Source: Cycas panzhihuaensis (Eukaryota > Plantae > Cycadophyta). Taken from it: a DNA stretch of 64,000 nt. A program made the translations under genes and the position numbers. The notes below the pieces were generated by a model. It was not told where the DNA came from. It saw only the letters and a list, made by a program, of their open reading frames with translations, and ran no database searches. The DNA lies in NCBI GenBank assembly GCA_023213395.1, contig CM041465.1, forward strand, positions 43,903,741 to 43,967,740. Reading direction: 5' to 3'. Positions 10,143-23,670 of the stretch are shown in pieces. The stretch's first letter is position 1. Each line of letters begins with the position of its first letter.

Positions 10143-12185
10143 TTTCTTCCTTCATATTCCTCACTTATACTTACAATGGAGCCATCACTTCCTTCTCCCC
10201 CACAATCCATATGGTGAAGGAGATTGTGAAAGTAGATTTAGAAATATTTTTAAGTTATTATAATAGTATATTTTGTATTGTTTGCTTTCCCTTTCTCTTT
10301 TACAAGTTTGGAAGCATAATATAAGGAGTTTTAAGGCCTAAGGATTCTAATCCTTTGGTGGCCATTCATGCTATCTCATTCTTCTTTTCCTTTCCCTTCT
10401 TTTTGTCCATTTAACAAGAGGAAATGTTGCTAAAATTTTTCTAGCATATAGAAGAATGATAGTAAGGGGAGGTTTTACCCATTTTTTTAAAAGAATTTAG
10501 AGTCATTTAAAATATCCATCATTGTATGCTCTCACCTTACCCATATTGGGATCCTGGTGATCAAAAAATGATGAAAATTTCATATGGTATCATGTGTTAA
10601 TGGGATATTAGCAAGTTGAAATTTATGTAGAAATAAAATTTGCTTGCTAAAATTCATAGGTCTGCAAAATCTTCTACAAAGCTCCAATTGATATGATTCT
10701 AATTTTCAAAGATGATACTTTAAGTCTACTTTTTAGCACAAAAACTGGCACCTAATTTTGATGTCATGTGAGGAAGTTATTGTTGTTTTAGTGAATAATA
10801 ATTATTTTTAGTAAGAATTCTGGAAATATATAATCTCCTAACTTTGTGGGGCTACCAAAAATTTTCCAGAACTCGTTTGGATATGATTCTACTTCCTAAA
10901 GATGAATATATGAGTCTAGTTTGCAATACAAAAACTGGCACTCCATTTCATCATCGTGGGAGAAAATTATTGCTAATTTAGTGAAGACTACTTTCTTTTG
11001 TACTAACCAAAAAAAAATGTGAAGAAAATTTTATCATTCTTTTTATAAGGTTTAAAAGCCCATTATAAAAGTGAGAAAAAAACACTTGGATCAGAGTAAT
11101 ATCCAATGTTCTTACTCACTTATTTAGTATTGCATTTCAGTGCTCTAAAATCACTCAAAGCAAGCACTGTAAAGACACTTCAAGAAAGCACTCAAAGCAA
11201 GCACTCCAAAAGCACTCAAAGTAAGCATTCTATTTTCAGTTAAATATACATTTGATGTAATTCGATAATCTTTTCACTCTTCCTAAAAATAACGCATCAC
11301 ATACACTATTTTCTGCCATCTTATGCCTATTCATACACTCGCCAAGGTTGAAATACCTTGGTTGGTAGAATGCCATGCCATAAAGGAGGTGTGCGTTTCA
11401 AGTTAGGACTGTACTAAACTAGAATATTAGTGAGGTTTGGTTAGCCATACCATCGTGCCTTAATCAGGGATCATCCTGATAACCAACCAGGAAAACTGAA
11501 ACTTTAATATAAGATTAAAGTATACCCAATCTAATATCCATCATAGCCATGGGTATGCATGTACCACTCTTTAGAGGAGGTATATAACTGCTCATTGGTG
11601 AACTGGGTGAGGATTGGGAGTACTTGGGCTCCATTGTGACTTGGATTTCATCACCAAATACAATTACGAGTATCGCAAGCGAATACTAACTTAATTCTAC
11701 TAGAAGCCTAAGCATCCTTTCAACAAACTCAACTACATGTTGGACATAAGTTAGAAGTTATTAGGTTGATTACACATCCTACATTTGAGTTTCAAGTTGT
11801 GTAGACCCAATGATGTCAGCTTCTACATTGGCCTATAATCTTGTATATTGATTGCTTACTTATTTGTAAAAAGTAATCCATAGTATAATCACAATCATAG
11901 TGCTTCTCATATTCCTATTGTGTCAGGTTAATATTTTCCATAAGTGTCAGTGGTCAATTTTCATCATAGTGCTTCTCATATTCCTGTTGCGTCAGGCTAA
12001 TATTTGTCACAAGTGTTGGTGACTTTTCTCTAAGTTATACCCTTCATCTTTGAGGAACCATTATCACTTCTTCTTCCTTCTACTACACTACTTCATTATA
12101 TCTCCCATTTGTAAATAATGATTGGTCATTTATTACCATCACTTTTATAGTCCTTTGTTCATTCCTTCCCTTCTTAAAAGACATC

Positions 12186-15100
12186 ATGTCTTTACAGTTC
12201 AAGCAAAATGTGAACTACATCCTAAAAAGGAAAGAAAATTGGGATATGTGGTTCACTGTTGTCAGAAATGCTACAAAGTATAAAGGTCTATGTAGAGATC
12301 ACTTACAACCTACAACATCTATTACAGCTACAACTACCTCAGTTGCTTCTGGAGGAGGTAATCCAATTGCTCCCACTAAAGCTGCAACCAAACACCAATG
12401 GGAACTTGATGATGATAAAATCTATGTAGGAATACTACTTGTCACTGATTATTCCCTGCATAATCTCATTGATGAAGCTGTACATGATACAACATGGAAA
12501 GTTCTTGAAGTTCTTAAGAAGAACTTTGACACTAAATCAAACTTAGAATTTGTTTACTTAGTATTGAAGATGAACAAATTGAAAATGCAGAAAGGACACG
12601 CAAGTAAGACAATCAATATTCTTTGTCCAATCAAGTAAGCCATTAATAAAGATTTTAAAACTTAATGTATTACATGGGATTTCTTGATTTAGTCATGTCT
12701 CCATATCCCAGATTACAAAAATCTATTGGGAAGTCTTCAATCTAGTGGAACTTTGAAGACCCTAAACTTTGAGGCTGTTGTTGATAAGTTCATTGAATTT
12801 GATAAGACCTTTGATACCAACTTTGCCACTATATCAGATCCAGTTGATATTACTTTTGAAGTAGAAGAAGATCTTTGTTATACTAAAAATCAAGGTCAAT
12901 ACTCTTGTATTGGTGGTAATTGTCATGGAAGAGGAAGAGGTAGATAATAAGGACAACGTTCTTTTGGTCAATAGGCTCCTTAACTCCAACAAAAACAGTC
13001 TCAAGGCTAAGGCCAAAATAATCAACCTAGACCTAGATCTAGTAATCGGAGACAATCCAACCAGCCCAATACTTCTTATGGGACTGTAAATCAAATAATT
13101 GTATGCCAAAGGTGTAATAGAAAAAGACATTATACCAAAAATTATAGAACTTCCACTAACAAATACCAAGTTATTCATAGTGCCATGGTGCACATAATGT
13201 TGATAATACTTCTTTTGAAGATGCTTTTGATGGATTGTAATTTGCTCATACACACCTTCAAAGAATTGGGACCACTTGATCAAATGTTGTTGATAGATCC
13301 ACTAAGTATAATGAGGCTCATTGTGGCTATGCTTATTTACTTTTGCCTTTACCATTTGGAGTTGCAAATAGTTCCATCTCAAATACTTCATCATGGATCA
13401 TGGATACTAAAGCAACACAACACATGACTTGTCATCACCAGTTCTTTCAGGATTTTGACTCTGAAGTTCATGGCGTTGTACACATAGTTGACAAATCATC
13501 TTATCCAGTTGAAGGACTTGGAACTGTTTGCCTGAAACTCCCAGGCCTTCCAGATTTTACACTTGTTGATGTTTTATATATTCCTGCTCTAAAGCAGAAT
13601 CTACTCTCCTCATCCACCCTTGTCTCTCGTGGATTTAATTTGAGTGTAACTGCAAACAATCAAACTCTCTATGTCATTCAGCCTCCTTTAAATGCTATGG
13701 TTATGACTAGAGTTCTTGATGGCAAATTTTTTTGCCTAACTGGCTCACCATCCTCTGAAGCCAACTATGTTGATGATGGCTCTGCTTTTACCATAATCTT
13801 AACTCCTCAAAAATTGTCCTAAGCAGCTCTATGGAATACGCATATGGGCTATATCAAAATTGATCATTTAAGAGAACTACAAGCCACTCTTCCTAGTTTG
13901 CTTAGACTATCCTCTAAGCCTTTTAAATGCGAAGCATGTATTATTGGCAAATCTCAAAGACAACCATTTTATTATAGTCAATGGAAATCTAGCCAACCTT
14001 TGCAGCTTGTACACTCAGATATATGCAGTCATATGCCCATCCCTTCTCTCAAATGTATGGTACTATATTACTTTCATTAATGATTTTACCAAGAAAGTAT
14101 GGGTTACTTTTCTTACAAAGAAAGATGAAGCTTTTTATATGTTTTAAGCTTTCAAGGCTTGCATGGAAAATGAATCTGGATTCAAGATCAAAATACTCAC
14201 GACTGACAATGGTGGTGTATACACATCTAATAAGTTTGAATCGTACCTATGTCAACATGGAATCAAACATCAGACCAAAGTTGCAAGTATATCCCAACAA
14301 AATGGAGTTGCTAAGCATTTGAATAGGACCATCATGAACATTGCTCGTGCTATTCTGGTATATAAGAATGTCCCTGTCTATCTTTGGGCCAAGGCTATCT
14401 GGATTGTTATATATTGCGTTAACATTATTAGTCCCTCTAAGCTCAGCCCATCTCTACATGAAATGTGGTATGGACAAACCCCTTCTATCTCCCACTTCAG
14501 AATTTTTGGCTCTACTTATTATGCTCATATTTTAGAGGAACATAGAAACAAGCTCCAAGATAGAGCCATCAAAGACATCTTTGTCAGATACCCTATGGAT
14601 AAAAAGGGGTACAAGGTTTTCATACCTTAACAGTGTAAAATCATCATCACTAGAGATGTTATCTTTGTGGAGACTAAAAATTAATTACTCAGACTTGAGT
14701 CCAAGATGCCTTCATATCGATTTAATGATGCTACTGAATTTGATGTCCAGATTCCAAAATTTAGGGGGGGAGATGCTTAACAATTGCTCAAAGTCTTGGA
14801 ATCTGACAATAGAGCCTCAAAGGATACAAGCTGTGATTCCCAACCAATGTGTATACATCCAACACCATCATTTGTGAACAACGAAGTTGACAAAGGCAAA
14901 GCCATAACAGAAGGATCATCTTCTCCAACATCTATGGCTGGCCCATCTTCTCCAGCATCGTCAACTTCCTCTATGTCAAACATTTCACATGATCCTTTTT
15001 AGGATCAAAATAAAGACCAAGAGGCTGTGGAAATGAAAACCTCATTCCTAACTCGAGGTTTTCGTGAAGCCTACCAGCTACACAAGGACATGCAACCAAA

Positions 15101-16747
15101 TGAGGTAGGCAAAACTGACACTAGAAGTGCCCATAGAGCAAGGATATATGAATCACTTTTTGTTGAGCTTAAACTAATAGAACTGCACCTTGCTCTTAAT
15201 AAAGAGCCTCTAACATACCAAGAAGCTATAAAGCATGCAGCTTAGAGAAATGCCATGAATAAAGAGTACCAATCTCTTATCAAGAATGGTACATGGGAGC
15301 TTGTTGATCTACCACTTAGAAGTAAGGTAGTTTAAAATAAATGGGTGTTAAAAAATAAATACAAATTAGATGACAACCTAGAAAAATACAAGACGAGGTT
15401 GGTAGCAAAAGGATTCACACAAAGGGAAGGCATCGACTATACTGAAATCTTTGCTCCTACAACCAAGTGGCCTACAAACAAAACTCTTATAGCCTTGGCT
15501 GCTCAACAAGGTTGGAAAATCCACCAACTTGATGTTAAGACCGCATTTCTCAATGGGGACCTTAAAGAAGAAATTTATATGCTCAGCCAGAAGGATATAA
15601 GATTATCAGTTAGGAGAATAAGATTTACAGGCTCAAAAAGTCCTTATACGGCCTAAAGCAAGCCCCTCGTGCTTAGTTTACCAAGTTGTCTAAAAGAATG
15701 AGGTAACTTGGATATGAGGTTTGTGACTATCAAGATATTGATGCAACGTTATTCATCAAGCGCTAAAATGATAAAGTCACTTACCTCTTAATCTTTGTGG
15801 ATGATATGCTAATAATATGGAATAATAAATAGGTAATTAGCCAATTGAAGAAGGACCTTGCTAAAACTTTTGAATTGTCTAATCTCAGGTTAATGAAATA
15901 TTACGTGGGAATTGAAGTAACTAAAACGAATGGTAAAATCTTTCTCTCCCAAAAAAAATATATCAATGATCTTCTGTCAAAGTTTTAGTTGGAAGGTGCT
16001 CGACCAGTCGATACACTTATGGAGCCTAATATTAAACTCTCAATTGATGGTGACATTAGGGAGGCAAATGCAACACTCTACAGTTAACTTGTAGGTAGTC
16101 TCATCTATACTACCAACATAAGACTAGATATTGCACACTCTATCGGCATTCTTGCATGATTTATGATAAATCCTAAGCATAATCATTGGCAAGATGTAAT
16201 ATGAGTGTTGAGGAACCTAAAGACGATCAACAAATATGGTCTGTTGTATGAACCCAATGTAGAATTTAAACTTTATGTATAGATAGACTCATACTTTACC
16301 AGAGGTAAAGACACAGGAAGATCTACATCTGGGTATGTAACATTTCTTGGAGTAGCACCAGTATCATGGAGATCTAGATGGCAGGAGATAGTTGCAGACT
16401 CAACTGCTGAAGTTGAGTATATTGCTGCTTCTGAGACAAGCAAAGAGGTGATATGTCTTAGAAAATTATTGAATATATTAAATGTCATCCAAACAAGTTC
16501 TACTAGCTTACATGTAGATAATCAATCTACAATCCAGATGGCTAAAAATCTTGTATTTCATGATCGTACCAAACATATAAGTATGAAAGTCCACAGGATT
16601 AGAGAACTAGTTCATGATGACACAATTCAACTGGAGTACTGCCCCACAGTAGATCAAGTGGCCGATATCTTCACCAAACCACTGAAAAAGGTGGAGTTTG
16701 AATAGTTCTGAAAGTGACTCGCCCTTAGAGCCTCCATCTTTGATTAA
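12186..16747 (+). pseudogene. copia gag-pol polyprotein (disrupted)
   Basis: gag 12186; protease WIMDTKATQHM; integrase HSDIC/TDNGGVY; RT YKTRLVAKGFTQREGIDY, LDVKTAFLNGDL; RNase H DNQSTI..KHI..QVADIFTKPL. Confidence 0.95.
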
Positions 16748-17180
16748 TTAAAGGAGATGACAATAGGACCATCATACTCTGACTCATTCGTGAAAACCCC
16801 TTATAGGCGTAGAAGGATAAGAGTAAGTCTTTACTCTATCCCATTTGTAAAAACCTCTTGTGGATGCGAAAGGATAAGGGTTGTATCATTTTGGAAAATC
16901 AAAACTTGTGAAAACCTAAAAGGTCATGGGGGATGACCAAATGGTATATGGAGACTTAGTAGATTTTAGCTACAAAATTCATTACACTAATTGGCTATCT
17001 GGCTTCATTTAAAGATCCACCTGAGCCAAGTTAGTAGATTAGAAAATTTATGGGTTTTCTTCCCCATGAGGGTTTTCCACAAAAGTGTCATAATAGTTTG
17101 CTTTGTAAGAGGCTCAAATGAAGACCTCATAGGATTGAATAAAATAGGATGAAATGACCTTCTACCATTAAGGGGGAGAT

Positions 17181-17478
17181 TGAAAAGGGTTAATATCATA
17201 AGGTCATTACATTAGTTGATTATTTCTAAAAAGGGTCTTAGATGAACTTTAAATTAGATCACTTAAGTAAAATACACTTTCATGTGCATTATGTGTAATT
17301 TCATTTCACCTAACTCTAACACTCCCTTTCTAAATATAAAAGTAAAAGCTCAATGGAGGAGGCTCATTCTTACCTCCGTATTTTGTGAGAGCTACTTTCT
17401 TTCTCTCAAGTCTCTCTTACTCCCATATTTGCCTTTATGTTTAGTGCATGGAGATGAAGGATAGATCAGCTCTTTTCA
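17181..17478 (+). repeat. 3' LTR
   Basis: TG...CA termini, preceded by the PPT, direct repeat of 9831-10128. Confidence 0.96.
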
Positions 17479-18290
17479 TAAATTACTTCTTGGGCATTGA
17501 AGTATAATAGATGGAGAACTACATTATGGTGTCACAAGTAAAGTACATAAAGAACTTATAAAGTTTAGAATGGATGATTCAAAACTTGTTTCCATACTAT
17601 GTGTTAAGGGCACAAAACTTACTAAAGATAAAGAAAAGCCTAATGTAGATGTGCCACTGTAGAAATAGTTCATAGGGAGTTTTTTATATTTCAATCATAC
17701 CAAACCAAATATTATTTATGCTCTTAGATTAGTCTTCCATTATATGTAGAATCCATAAGAACTACATTAAGTTGTAATAAAGTGGATTTTGAGATATTTG
17801 AAGGGAACTCTTAATATTGGTTTGGAGTACCTTCATGAAAGACATGTAAAGTTACATGGTTACATTGATGCAGATTGGCAAGGAGACTTTAATGATCATA
17901 AATCCACTATTAGATATGTATTTGGTATTAACATTAGATTTATATCATGGAAATTAAAAAAAAAGTAGATAATAGCTCTATCTTCTATAAAGGTAAAGTA
18001 TTAAGGACTCACAGTTAGTACCTAAAAAGTTATATGGTTATAAAGCCTCTTAGATATCCTTAGTATATCATGTAGTGCCCTCATTATTTTAGTCGATAAC
18101 CAAAACACTATTCACTTATTAAAGAGTCTAGAGTTTCATGCATATACAAATCATATTAAAATCTAGCACTACTACATTCATGAATAGTTTAAAGTAGGGA
18201 AGTTATAGGTTAATTATTATCCAAGAGAGAAGCAACTTATAGATGTGTTTACCAAACTACTTACTGAAGATTAATTTACCAAGATTTGAT
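17479..18290 (+). mobile_element. Decayed Ty1/copia, RT C-half and RNase H (continuation of 8361-9830)
   Basis: YFLGIEV, GYIDADWQGD..KST, IDVFTKL. Confidence 0.9.
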
Positions 18291-21200
18291 TCATACCAAA
18301 TTAGGACTCAAAGAAGTTATCCTTGATTAGTTGTACACACTGAAGATGACCAAAAATATAGTGGATCTCATGAAGGATATTAGATTAATTTATAATCAAT
18401 TATTAACAATTGGGGAGATCATTCCTAATTTAGAAGTAATAACTTATGTGCTAAGAAGTTTACCACTCCTATATAAGAACTTCACAACTATATTAACACT
18501 ATCTAATGAATTATCCACTTTGACAATTAGGTCTTTAGAATCTCTGCTTATGGAACATGAGCAAAAATTGAAGCATATGCATGGTGAATCTTCTAAAGCA
18601 CCAACATCAAAGTCTAAAGGTAAAAAGGCTTATGTTCCAAAGATGAATGTACCTTTTAAAATTACAGTTCAAAAGGATAAACTAGAAGCATCAAAGGGAT
18701 AATATAAGCCTAAATGTTATGATTGTAAAAAGTTAAATCACATTAAGAAGGATTATTGGGTATGGTAGTGATAATAATGATTTTAACAACCCTAGAAGCA
18801 ACACTAACAATGAAAGTAAAAATAATGACCACTTGGAAAATGTGGTTATGTGATGGACTTAACTAAAGATACATTAAATGAAATCATAATATGATTGTTT
18901 ATTATTATATACAAAATGGTTTTTGCTACATTGAATGCATAGTTCATTGATTTAGGTGCATTAAAACACATGATAAAAAGGATGGAGTGATTTAGGAAGA
19001 TGTGAAAAATAAATCAAAAGATAACCATTAGGGATGATAGTGAGCTAGTGGCAATTAGAATTAGAAAAGTACCATTCACTTTACCAAATGGTGATAAACG
19101 ACATATAGAAAATGTCTTATATGTACTAAATCTGAAGATAAATCTTATTTCAATTGGTGAAATTAAACAATAAGATATGACTATAATATTTTCTTGAGGA
19201 TAAAGCATGGTTTGAGATAAAAAGAATAAGATTATAGCCATAGGATTGTGAGAAACTAATATGTATAAATTACAAGGATACTCTTATGTATAGATAACAT
19301 TCCTTATTGTATCACTTAAGCAAAAAATATGGCATGAAAGAATGGGCCATTCGAATTACTCCAGTCTCCAATTAATATATAAATTAAAAATGATGCATGG
19401 TCTACCTTTAATTACCAATAAAACTTGTTTAGGTAAACCCTATATTTTTGGAAAGTAGAATGAAGAACAATTTCTAAAAGAGAAAGTAAAGAAAAAGTTA
19501 GGATTAATTTACTTCGATATTTATGGACTGATACCTATAATCTTACTAGAAGGAGTAAGATATTTTATTACGTTCATTGATGACTTTTTAAAAAAAATTT
19601 ACATTTTTTCATTGAAGAAAAATTTATAAGCCTTTACGTATTTTAAGTAGTTTAAGGAGTTGGAAGAGGATGAAAGTGAACACAAGATTAAGGTCCTATG
19701 AACTAATAATAGTGAAGAGTACACTTCAAATGAATTCATCCAATTTTGTAGGGATCATGGAATTTAGAGGTAGTTTGCTATTACCTATATATCTCAATAA
19801 AATAAAGTTACTAAAAGATTGAATAAAACTTTGGTTAAAAAATCCAAAACAATGATGAAAGGCAAGAATGTATTAAATTTCTTATTAGTAGAGGCTATAT
19901 ATACAATAATATATCCACTAAACATAAGCACTATAAGGGCAGTAAGAAACATGACCCCTAAGGAAGCTTGGTCAGGTAGAAAATCAACAATAAGTCATTT
20001 AAGAATCTTTGTATGTAATATATACATGCATATTCCAAAGGAAAAATAATCAATGTTAGATGATAAAAGCATGAAGCACATCCTTATAGGATACTCTAAA
20101 GAAAATAAAGCATATTGAGTATATGAGTTCTCAACTCAAAAAGTTCATACAACTCATGATGTTATTCTTCAGGAAGATGGAACTCAGGATATTGATTCAA
20201 TTAAGGTTAAAGAACTACTTGGATATAGTATTTCATATGATATCATTCAATTTGAATATAAGTCGATTGATATAGGTGATGAAGAAAAATTAAAATCTTT
20301 TCAATTTCTAGAAGTTGAATAGAAAAAGACACTAAAAATAAAACTAAAGCCAAAGTTAGAAAAAGTGTTTGATTCGATACCTTCATCTTTAAAGAAGAGG
20401 CTTCTAAATGGTACACAAAACCTATGGAGGATATTAAAAAATTGTTATATGATTCTAATGGCATGTGGAAATAAAAAACACAACCTTCTTAATAGGAGAA
20501 TATAGATCTTATACTATGTGTGTTAGATTCAAGTGAACCATCCATGATTGAAGAAGCAATCAAAGAGAAGAAGTAGAATGAATCTATGGAATCTAAAATC
20601 CAAGTTATTAGAAAAAACCATATATGGGATTTGGTTGAATTTCCTATTATCAAGGATGCAATTGGATTCAAATGGGTCTACAAGAAAAAAAAAGTTTAAA
20701 TCAAACATATCTATAGTTAAATACAAAACTTGACTTGTAATGAAAAATTTCAAGTAGTTAGAAGGGATCAACTATTAAGAAACATTTGCTCATATTATAA
20801 AGATGAATGCCATTTAAGTAATTATGGTGATAGCTACATAATTTAATTAACTATACCAAATGGATGTGAAAATTATATTTTTGAATAGGGATTTATACAA
20901 AGAAGTCTACATGGAGCAACCACATAGCTTTGTTGAAAAAGGTCAAGAGCACTTAGCATGCTGACTCAAAAAGGCCTTGTACATCTTGAAACCAACTCTT
21001 AAAGCATGGTATAAAAAGATTGATCAATATTTTTTTAAAGAATAGATTTCAGAGATCTCTAATTGACTCAAATCTACATATCAAATAAGAAAATAATAAT
21101 AACATATTTATGGTGTTATACATTAATGATCTACTAATCCCAAATAATAATAACATAATGATAGATCTTGGAACTCTACACTATTTTCTTAGTATGGAAG

Positions 21201-22226
21201 TATAACAAAGGCCTAAATATTTCTTTATCTCGTAGGTAAAGTACACCTAGGAAATTATAGAGAAATTTAGAATGAATAATTGCAAACCTACACCTAACCT
21301 TATGGAGACATGGTTTTGATTAACAATTAAAAATGGTGGAGATGATGTTGATTCAACTTTGTATAGGTAACTAGTAGGAAGTTTGTATACCTTATTACTA
21401 CCAGACTTGATATATTTTTTATAGTTAGAATAATATCTAGATTTATGATAATACTAAAATAGATTCACTATAAAGCTACAAAAAGAATCCATAAATACTT
21501 GATATGCATATATCAGAAGGTTAATTTTTGGATGTTATTTTAGTTTGGTATTATCTATTGTCATATGGAGTAGTAGAAAGTAATCAAATATTGTTTTATC
21601 CTTGACTAAAGCAGAATACAAGGTTGTAGTTGCAATAGCCACTGAAGTCATATGGTTATAATAGATTCTGGAGGACATGGGACTACCATAATTAGAAGCA
21701 ACTTTCTTGTATTGTGACAATTAAAGTACCTTAAAGATTATAAAAAAATATTGTGTACTATATCTATACCAAATACATTAAGGTGAACCATCACTTTATT
21801 TGAGAATTAATTAATAGATATATGATAGAGATGGTATATAGGCTAATAGAAGAACAACTTGCGAACATCTTCACCAAACTACTAGGACATAGAAGATTTC
21901 ATACTTTTCAAGATAATTTAGGTCTTAGAGAAAATTAAATAAACATTAAGGGGGAGTATTAATGTTAATATTTATTTATGGTTTGTAACTTAGGTTATGA
22001 GCCTCTTCTTAACATTTTGTACTATATTAGATTCTAAAATTAATTAATTATTTTGTGAGTGATGAATCATTGGGGGTTACAACTCTTACATCACATGTGT
22101 CACCTAGTTAAGGATTAAGTTCTTTTTAGAATTTGTATTTATCCATATGTTGTGCATTATTAAAGTTAATAAGAGATAATTCTACTTTAAGATTATATCG
22201 TTAATGTGAATCTAATTTTTATTTCA
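18291..22226 (+). mobile_element. 5'-truncated decayed Ty1/copia (gag to RNase H, PPT, 3' LTR 21957-22226)
   Basis: gag LYTLKM...VLRSLP; protease FIDLGALKHM; TPKEAWSGRK; RT; QLANIFTKL; PPT TTAAGGGGGAG 21946-21956 followed by an AT-rich LTR ending TTTCA. Confidence 0.88.
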
Positions 22227-23670
22227 AGCTTAACCTTTTAGAAATGACTCTTGATGTTGCTTAGCCATGATACATACTTCACATAAACATTATTTAATAT
22301 TAATTTTAGGAATGCCATATACCATCTTGGTTTTATACAAAAGTTGGATAGTAGGATAATTCAAATGGCCTATCCTCTCATGTTAGAGTTTATTTTTATT
22401 ATTTAAAAAAAATACTGCAGGATTTCTGGCTTTTAGATGTGTCATTTAAGATGTACAAGTTATCTGCTCTTCTCCCTTCTACAACTATCTTCTTCAGTTT
22501 ATTCTAAATAGTACATTTGTTGCATTGAAATTTGATATCCATATTTGATTCCTTAATGTAAGAGATTGAGATGAGGTTGATCTTTAAACTAGGTATATAT
22601 AACACATTTTTAATATATGTATTTATGTTTTTTGAAATGGTGATTGAAGCTTCACTAATCCCTATTGGCTGTAGAATAGATTTGTCACCAATAGTAATGG
22701 ATTCACCCATCATCTTCTTCATGTTCTCAAACCATTCTAGTCTCCCTATCGTATGTCTAGTTGTCCCCGAGTTAATAATCTAAATATCATATATATAATC
22801 TCAAATTAGATATGTTGTTATTAAAAATGTTTTCTTCTTCTCTTTGTCATCTAGTGAATGAGCACTTAGAAAGTTTCCATGAGGACCAATCTACCTCCCA
22901 TTCTATTACTAGGGTTATTGATGACATTGGTACTACTGTTATTATTATTGCAATTGTTATCATAATTATAAACTTCAACAGTCCTTATTTAGATGCCTTA
23001 TTTTACCATAATGTCAACACTTCACCTATTCTTTAGGACCCTCTTATTGAACATTCTATTTAAACAAAATAAAATGTATCTCCTAGATACAAAGGGTTGT
23101 TTACCATTAAATCATAATGCATTTGATGATTCTGTAGTAATGTCTTTAAGTATATGCTCATGCAGCTTCAACAATCCTTCTAACTCATTGAAAATTAACT
23201 TACTAATCTTTCCATTCAGGCTCATATTGGTGATGAAATTCTTGTATGGCATTAGTAAAGATATGGTTATAATAGTGACCAACTCTAAGTCTTCTAAAAA
23301 TTTATCTATACAACTCAATTAGTCTTTGATCATTTTTAACTCTTATAAGTAATCAATCATGGGTCCACTCAGTTTTAAACTGTATAATTGGTTCCTCAAT
23401 GATATAATTTAGGTGCCATCCTTTGCTTTATATAAAGAAATGACCATATTCCAAGCTTCTTTAAGAGTGGTTGTAAGAACCACATTCATGATAAAACTCC
23501 CTCTTATGGAAAGATTGATGAAGCCTAAGGAAATTCTAAGTCCTATTTTTTATTTTCTCTTTTCATTGTCATCTATTGGCATTGTTCATTTTCAATGAAT
23601 TACTAGATGTCATTACTACTTAAGAGAAAAATCATTTGATGTTTCTAAAGGGGAAAATTTTCCATCCATG
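22227..23670 (-). mobile_element. Decayed Ty1/copia fragment (gag, protease, GAG-pre-integrase)
   Basis: Minus ORFs 23112-23318 (gag) and 22504-22722 (NVLYIPSLKINLISI); CEVCIMAKQHQESF ends at the upstream LTR boundary. Confidence 0.85.

Larger units (their letters stand above)
9831..17478 (+). mobile_element. Full-length decayed Ty1/copia LTR retrotransposon (7.65 kb) with ~2 kb leader, nested in another copia RT
   Basis: 298-bp LTRs 9831-10128 and 17181-17478 (~9% different by eye); PBS TGGTATCAGAGC 10131-10142; PPT AAGGGGGAGAT before 17181; TSD TGAAT/TAAAT. The host frame LGMLN|YFLGIEV rejoins across it. Confidence 0.96.

Noticed and set aside
11476-11502. Hammerhead ribozyme (CTGATAA...GAAAC) or group II intron start (GTGCG at ~11391)
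   Set aside because: No convincing stem II or flanking stems, and no domain V found.
12834-13283. 149-aa minus-strand ORF (and 63221-63577 plus) as extra TE genes
   Set aside because: They are antisense shadows of gag with no independent features.
4218-22226. Pairing the 4218-4580 and 21957-22226 LTRs as one giant element
   Set aside because: Only a 12-bp motif is shared and the flanks (GCAAG vs AGCTT) are not a TSD.
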